Under the pieces are notes generated by a model. The model made no database searches. It saw only the letters and a list, made by a program, of their open reading frames with translations, and was not told where the DNA came from. DNA of 63,621 nt, the filler included, from Ferroacidibacillus organovorans (GTDB lineage Bacteria > Bacillota > Bacilli > Alicyclobacillales > SLC66): the NCBI RefSeq assembly GCF_001642725.1. It is 3 parts of 3 records of this genome, joined end to end, with 100 filler letters (N's around TTAATTAATTAA, not from the genome) between each part and the next. Parts side by side here need not be neighbours in the genome. Positions count along the whole stretch, not along the records: positions 52,253 to 63,621 come from NZ_LSUQ01000069.1; 2 more parts are not named here. One strand, 5' to 3'. Within the stretch, counting starts at the first letter, position 1; each line of letters begins with the position of its first letter. Below, piece after piece: positions 61,482-63,621 of this stretch. The position numbers and the translations under genes are program-made.

Positions 61482-61661
61482 TTAATCATCCCCGTCGACG
61501 ACCAAGTAGTAAAAACTTGTGTGGCCTTCAATCCGAAATTGGTAGCCATACATCATTTGTGCATACGTGATGAGTTCCAGCGCTTCGGCTTTGCTCTGGA
61601 CTTTCAGACTCCCTTCTTTACGCACACGGCGCACTTTATCTTTCAACTCTTGATCCGGCAT
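61482..61661 (-). CDS. Small paralog C (59 aa)
   Basis: RBS AAAGGAGG plus ATG. MPDQELKDKVRRVRKEGSLKVQSKAEALELITYAQMMYGYQFRIEGHTSFYYLVVDGDD. Confidence 0.8.
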   Translation of the reverse strand: MPDQELKDKVRRVRKEGSLKVQSKAEALELITYAQMMYGYQFRIEGHTSFYYLVVDGDD

Positions 61662-61773
61662 GCAGCGTCCTCCTTTCGCAGTGTGTCATCATAGCTCCGG
61701 AATCCAACTTCAGCAACGGGGAGGTTTGGCTATCTACTCCCGATTTCTGCGCTGAACAAGATGCACGGGATGA

Positions 61774-62709
61774 CTACGGCGTATTCGCTGGTGGTGTCAT
61801 CACGAGCGGCGGTGTGTGGGCCATGTTTGGCTGAGACGGGCTCACAAACCACAGGAGGGGCAATGGCGTCAAAGTCTCCTCAATGGAGGCTGTGACGCCG
61901 CGTGTGGCAGAGACACCGAGCGGTTCGCCAGCATGGACAACCTGTGCTGTCGAAACCGTCGGGTGCAGTCCCTGCTCGGTCACGATGAGTCCGTTTCCAA
62001 GGTCCAGCGTGATTCCCGTACCTGTAACTGTCGTGATGGTCCCCCCGTGAATGGCCAGCACCGGTACGCCTGCGGGACAATGGATCATCACGTTCAAGGG
62101 TTCGCTGTGGGAGTGACCAACACCCGATACCGGGTCTAACGTATCGGTCACGGGCCATGCCCAATCGGAGCTAAGTGGGTTCCACGTTTGGTAGATGGTC
62201 GCCAAGCGCAGTACCTCGCGGACATAGTCTGTAGAATGGTTGTACTGGAATACTGCTTGCATGGGGTTCTTCGCCACGTTAGATATGGCAAGGTAATGCG
62301 CAGCAGAGAAGATGGCGTCAACCGGATCGTACGGGTCTATCTTGCCATCGCCATCTGCATCGACCCCATACTCGGCCCAGGTGGATGGCTCAAATTGCAT
62401 GAAACCGACCGCTCCTGCCGAGGACACGGATAAGTCTCGTCCAAAGTCGGTCTCCACCCGATTAATGCCTGCTAAAACCGCCCAAGGCACGTGGTACTTG
62501 GCACCCGCTCGGTGATAGATCGGGAGCAGTTGCGGTGGAATCGGTTCAATGGCAACTGCAGGCGAGACAGGTAGGGCATTGTCACGGGACGAGATGACTA
62601 CGCCGAGCGTCACGATGAGAAGCAGAAACAACAAAAGGACGATGACGATCCCCCAAAAGCCGAGAGCGGCGACTGCCCAACCGATGACGAGTCGGACGGG
62701 CCGTCTCAT
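61774..62709 (-). CDS. Conjugative cell-wall hydrolase (lytic transglycosylase plus degenerate M23-like domain)
   Basis: N-terminal TM, 'LAGINRVETDFG', 'GAVGFMQF', 'YNHS..YV', 'W.WPV...GVPVLAIHGG'. Confidence 0.85.
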   Translation of the reverse strand: MRRPVRLVIGWAVAALGFWGIVIVLLLFLLLIVTLGVVISSRDNALPVSPAVAIEPIPPQLLPIYHRAGAKYHVPWAVLAGINRVETDFGRDLSVSSAGAVGFMQFEPSTWAEYGVDADGDGKIDPYDPVDAIFSAAHYLAISNVAKNPMQAVFQYNHSTDYVREVLRLATIYQTWNPLSSDWAWPVTDTLDPVSGVGHSHSEPLNVMIHCPAGVPVLAIHGGTITTVTGTGITLDLGNGLIVTEQGLHPTVSTAQVVHAGEPLGVSATRGVTASIEETLTPLPLLWFVSPSQPNMAHTPPLVMTPPANTP

Positions 62710-63621
62710 GACTCGTCACCTCCATCGTCACCATGACCGCCTTTCGAACGAAACCGACGGAACACGTTTTTGGCAAACCCACCTGCATGACCGACAGATG
62801 TCGAAGTGTCCCGCCAGTGATCGCGCACGTACACCACCGATGTCCGCAGCATTTCGTGCGGCGTGGGCGCACCCACCTTGGAGAGTATCGTGCCAAGCAC
62901 CCGCTTTCGGAACAGGAAAGCGAGGAAGAACAACAGGGAGACGAGCACCTGCTGTAAAATCAAAAGTCCTGTCGTTTGCGTGACCACATCGGCGAGGAGT
63001 AGGGTGAATCCGAAATAGAGACCATACACTACTTTGGTTCCAAGTGCTCCGATGAGCCAACCGAACCAAGCGCGCACCAAACCGAATCCACGCCCCGGCA
63101 ATACACCGATGAGAAAAACAATGGGGCAGATGAGGATAAGGGCCAGCGCCATCTCTTGTGCAGCAACCAGCATCCCGGCAATGACGGCCGCAAAGACCAA
63201 GAACGAAAGGGAAGCCACCAGTGAGAAGAGCGCGAGCACCATTCTGGGCACGACGCTTCCGGCCCCCAGCACATCCGGCATGTCCGCGTGTCCGCCGTGA
63301 TTAATGGACGGATTCCCTAAGGTGGTGGCGAGGATGGTTCTTTGTTGCGATCCGTCCGGGTATTCACGGATGAGAGAACGCCAGTCCTCACCGACAGACA
63401 CGGGCAGGGATACGTTTGCGGATGCAGCAGATTTTTGAATCGACGTCGCCTCAGCTGGTGTCACAGGGATGGGCCGTGACTCCGTCTGGTCAAACTCTCC
63501 AATGACCCAAGGGCGAGTGACTAGCAGATCCCACACCTGATTGGCGGTCACCACGAGTTCCGTGTCCGCCGCTTGCGTGGGCGTCGAGGAAGTCCCCTCG
63601 ATTTTCTGAAACGGCTGTGCG
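62706..63621 (-). CDS. Polytopic conjugation membrane protein (VirB6/ConG-like), 5' partial
   Basis: Multiple TM helices ('LALILICPIVFLIGVLPG...W'), overlapping the lytic transglycosylase. The frame runs off the window. Confidence 0.6.
   Translation of the reverse strand, partial: AQPFQKIEGTSSTPTQAADTELVVTANQVWDLLVTRPWVIGEFDQTESRPIPVTPAEATSIQKSAASANVSLPVSVGEDWRSLIREYPDGSQQRTILATTLGNPSINHGGHADMPDVLGAGSVVPRMVLALFSLVASLSFLVFAAVIAGMLVAAQEMALALILICPIVFLIGVLPGRGFGLVRAWFGWLIGALGTKVVYGLYFGFTLLLADVVTQTTGLLILQQVLVSLLFFLAFLFRKRVLGTILSKVGAPTPHEMLRTSVVYVRDHWRDTSTSVGHAGGFAKNVFRRFRSKGGHGDDGGDES

Noticed and set aside
60782..61694. Plus-strand ORFs 60782-61063, 61190-61570 and 61464-61694
   Set aside because: Antisense to the three SD-supported paralogous minus-strand genes.

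Overview
Draft-genome window from a Bacillota (Bacilli; the gene content suggests Alicyclobacillaceae, which is inference only). It consists of three contigs joined by artificial N/TTAATTAATTAA/N spacers (26093-26191 and 52153-52252), so adjacency across the gaps is not biological. Contig 1 opens with the 3' end of a group IIC intron. It continues with an ABC-transporter trio, nfu, hemL, selA plus a selenocysteine-containing selD (in-frame TGA and SECIS, missed by the ORF track), hemZ, T-box-hisS-aspS-ltaE-rarA, cymR-iscS and a free-standing tRNA-Ile/tRNA-Ala pair. It ends in a decayed island (integrase scar, EamA/Ada, vapB fragment, intact tnpB-only IS200/IS605 element). Contig 2 is an ABC-transporter-dependent surface-glycan locus (ligase, WcaJ, GTs, Wzm/Wzt, WbdD/WbdA-like, gmd/rmd, ugd/uxs, GtrABC-like) followed by nested transposons (IS630 remnant, DDE+ExeA element, IS21). 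Contig 3 is the end of an ICE (large serine recombinase, conjugation genes) plus accessory and defence-like genes. The most novel signals are an unannotated array of three paralogous ~58-aa proteins in the ICE, an rpn gene with an intragenic RpnS start plus an orphan RpnS-like cassette, a LexA-boxed pair of small unknown genes, a TM-Mrr/unknown gene pair, and a putative lipid-linked xylosylation module.
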